A DNA stretch of 64,000 nt, taken from positions 36,024,001 to 36,088,000 of the forward strand of contig CM119371.1 in NCBI GenBank assembly GCA_051294905.1. Reading direction: 5' to 3'. Source of the DNA: Botryllus schlosseri (taxonomy: Eukaryota). Positions 60,650-64,000 of this stretch are shown here, piece by piece (position 1 is the first letter of the stretch; each line of letters begins with the position of its first letter). Below the pieces are notes generated by a model. The model had not been told where the DNA came from. It ran no database searches and saw only the letters and a list, made by a program, of their open reading frames with translations. The position numbers and the translations under genes are program-made.

Positions 60650-62680
60650 CAGTGGTTCCCAAACTTTTTCGGTGTGAGGGCCAAATTTAGAATTGCAGAG
60701 TACGGCCGGGGCCGCACGAATACTACGGCTATGAAACGAACCCAAACAGTCATCATGGCTATTTCGGAGTAGTTTTATTGCCCTGGCGAGATTTTAAAAC
60801 TGTACACCGTTGACGCCTACTTATCTGCTGCATTGGGTGTCCGCTGAGTGAATCAACTTTTCGCGCCTAAACACGCGAAGCGCGAGAAATTTCTTTAGTT
60901 TCATGACTGAATCGGTCAATATGATCGGGAATTGCATGTATTGCTATCAATTTTCATCCCGTCTCTGTTCACGTAATCTGATTTACCGGTAGATCTGAGT
61001 GAGGTGTGTTTGAAAAGGTATAGGTCCCCTCAATAGTAATTAAACATCTCCGGGAGCATACCCGTTGGCAGGAACGTAACAGCACTTCTTCAGAACGCAG
61101 GACTCCCATAGGGTGATAAACTGACCGCGCATCACGTTGTTCGTTTTTGCCACGAAATTAAAGTTGTACTGTTTAGTGAGACAGCGCGCGACGTGCGAAT
61201 ATTTCGATAATTCATGATAAAATTGGTGAATAAGATCGGGAATTGCATGGTTGTCCTCTCTGCCTACGTAATCAGATTTACCGGTAGATCTGAGTGACAG
61301 GTGTCTTTGAAACTGCAGACCTTGTTAAATTAAACATCTTCGGGCGGGCGGACCCCTAGGTATGACTTCTTTATACATGATGTTATTTCGTGACCTCCTC
61401 CTGTCTGCTATATCAAAAAATGTAGAATTGCCCAAACCTATTAAATTGAAAGATCAGACGATTTCAGATTGGTATTTCTTCACTGGCATATAATTTTCTT
61501 TCCTGCGGGATGGTATTTGTCTTGCTAGGTTCAGATTGCCAAGACAAGAACATTCGACGCCAGTCATTTAGGCGCGTATATGGACAATTAAACCTATATG
61601 TATTTTGTATATATAACGAAGTTTTTGGTATTTCGAAGTTTTTGGTCAGCATAAAAGCAGTCCTTTACGGCCAAGGCTTTCTCATTGCCGATCGTTCTGA
61701 CACACTTCTTGGAGTCACATGTTACATGGCCTAAAACTTTATATGTCTTGGTGCGTTGTGGTGCGGTCATGGCCAACGCTGATATGCCCATTTCTATAAG
61801 TCTTGCGTATTTTTTCTTGGGGAAGAGTACCCAATAATCAAGATATGTGGCGAATTGAAATCGCGCATAGCGCGAAAAATGTTTGAAAAAGTTGCATAAA
61901 TTTTCCAAAATACTCTATAATTTATGCTAATTCACGAAATAATTTTGGGCCCCGCCCGAGCTCGGTGCGGCAGTTACGGCCCTGACTATATAGGACTACC
62001 AATTATGCTGCTTGTAGCCGGCTAAGCAGTATGCATCTCGTCGTATTCAACCGTGAGTCGCGTGTTGCACATCTAGTCATCATAGGGTTACCATACGTCC
62101 TCTTTTAAGATGATTTGTCCTAATTTTTGATTTTTTTAAATGTGTCCTCGGAAAACGCCCAAATGTGTTCTTTTTTGAGGATTTTCGTGACATATAGGGC
62201 CCAATTCGACTGATATACATTAAGTCAGCACTGTAGAAACGCTACGGTGGCTATTTCGGGAGCTGGACCGGAAAGTTTACCTTTTTTTCGGTCAACCACC
62301 TGTTAGAGTGAAGGAAAAACTGTATTTTCCGGGAGTTGAGCCTCTTTTTCTTTTTTAGTCAAGCGACCACGAAGTGGGAAAAATTTACCATTTTTTCAGG
62401 ATTTTCCTCCGATTTTGAAAGTTATCAATACCTATTTATATCTATAGCTACTGCTCGTTCAACTGGAAAGTTAGGGCACATTGCATTGAAACAGCAGTGA
62501 CGAAACGTTAGCAGTCTATACTCACAACTTTACTGCAATTCTATAATCAAAAACTAGAGAGGACAAGCCAAACAAGAGTATTTTATAAATATAAATTTTC
62601 TTTTTTGTCATAAATCGATTTCTTAAAATATTTTGGGGGCCGCAAGAAGGCTATCTGGGGGCCGCACTTGGGAATCACTG
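60650..62680. mobile_element. hAT Charlie-like element with internal direct repeat and nested fragments
   Basis: cagtggttcccaaac...ttgggaatcactg; ggggccgc motifs; internal repeat about 60923-61050 vs 61233-61340. Confidence 0.7.
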
Positions 62681-64000
62681 GATAATGTCATCGTGCAGCC
62701 TACTAATGTATGAGATGACAGATGCCAGATTTCGTTTCTACGTAATAATTGACGAAATGCGCTAACAAAAAGCCAATAGTAAATTGACTGACTGATTGTT
62801 CGCGTGCTGTAATTAGGCATTAACTTACAAGGTGTTTTAATGCTGTAATAATGCACTATTACAACAAGTACAGTCGGCTCCGCTTATTTCCTAGCAGTTT
62901 GGTTCCGCTCATTGTGCCGAATTACGCGCAAATCAATTGTTCCCTTCATGGTCATGCGTGAAGGCGCACAACGCAATCAAAATACGGTGCTTGCTTTTGC
63001 GTAATAAATGGATTGCAGCTAGGCGATACTGCAGTAACTGACACAGTCGGATAAAACGCACAATATATATTAACTTCAGATTAGCGTTGCATTCTAAAGT
63101 AGTTTCGATACCAAACCATTCATTAACTACAGTATACTGTATTACTGTGTATGCCTACTACACGCATATATGGTTCAAATAATATTTTTTCATATCCCTA
63201 CCTACGCAACTAACTGCCGAACTGTCAAGGAAGACTCTTCACTTATTTCGTCGTTTTTAGTAGTTTCATTCAATTGAGTTTGTTGCGCTGCGGGAATCTA
63301 GATTTTGCCTGCTGCGCAGAGAGCCAGAGTTTAAATGTTTGTGATTGATCGTCAGCTGGCACTATGACGTTATACGCAATCTGATATTTACTGACGCGGA
63401 GCCGCGTCTCGAATTGCAGAATTTGTAAAATCCTCAAAATGTCACCTTTCAGAGGCACTCACGAACACGACACACATTGTCATTTTTGTGTGACCCTGTA
63501 AATCTCCATGTAATCTTCAATAGTTTTTATCACCCTATACGTTTGGTTTGAAACGATACCTTGTCTTGGCGAATAAGACTGTATGTATTTAGTTGTGTTC
63601 GTTCCGCTGCGTTGTAAGCACTCATCAAAACACGCCTGCAGGCACGCGGCTGGAGGCGTTCCTGTGATCTGAGTGATGGCTTGAAAACATACTACAATCT
63701 TAGTGTAGTACTGAACGAAGTACGCAGTTTGCATTTAAGAGACTCCGTGGTCGAAAGTGACGTTTCGTGCTGAAATCGCTCTGTTAATTCGTATATTTGC
63801 CGAATTTCTGGGATATGTGTCTGTGGATTTTAACGAGTCACTTCCAGAATCCGTCAGCATTATTAAATTAGTCAGAAATTTAGTTACAAATCTTAATATT
63901 TACATTGCAGACTTGTGTTGTCATTAGGGCAGTTACCACGGTAATTTGTGCGGGCAATTATCGCAATTACGGTGCTCAATGCTCACTGAAATTAAAAATT

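Noticed and set aside
62860..64000. Short ORFs and a possible Tc1/pogo-type terminus near the window end
   Set aside because: No recognisable domain or partner TIR within the window.

Overview
Eukaryotic, AT-rich, transposon-saturated DNA with no prokaryotic gene organisation. An invertebrate such as an ascidian is plausible but cannot be proven from the sequence. The only long ORFs are four intronless paralogous BTB-BACK-Kelch (KLHL-type, Cullin-3 adaptor) genes: three full-length on the minus strand and one 3'-truncated on the plus strand. They lie in duplicated segments with homologous flanks. Amino-acid differences in the Kelch region concentrate in the predicted substrate-binding loops. 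The plus-strand copy is explained by an inversion of about 13 kb between two near-identical inverted hAT-type elements, supported by two independent split 8-bp TSDs. Two units carry a degenerate tRNA-Thr(CGT)/tRNA-Ser(AGA) dimer with a 4-nt spacer; in one, a Tx1/L1-type LINE sits exactly at the dimer junction with an 8-bp TSD. The rest is nested hAT MITEs, Chapaev3-like, P-like foldback and probable Academ-like remnants, RTE and CR1/L2 fragments, tRNA-derived SINEs, a near-perfect 197-bp hairpin and recurrent TA>TAGCCTA micro-insertions. All comparisons were done by eye; family names are motif recognition, not database hits.
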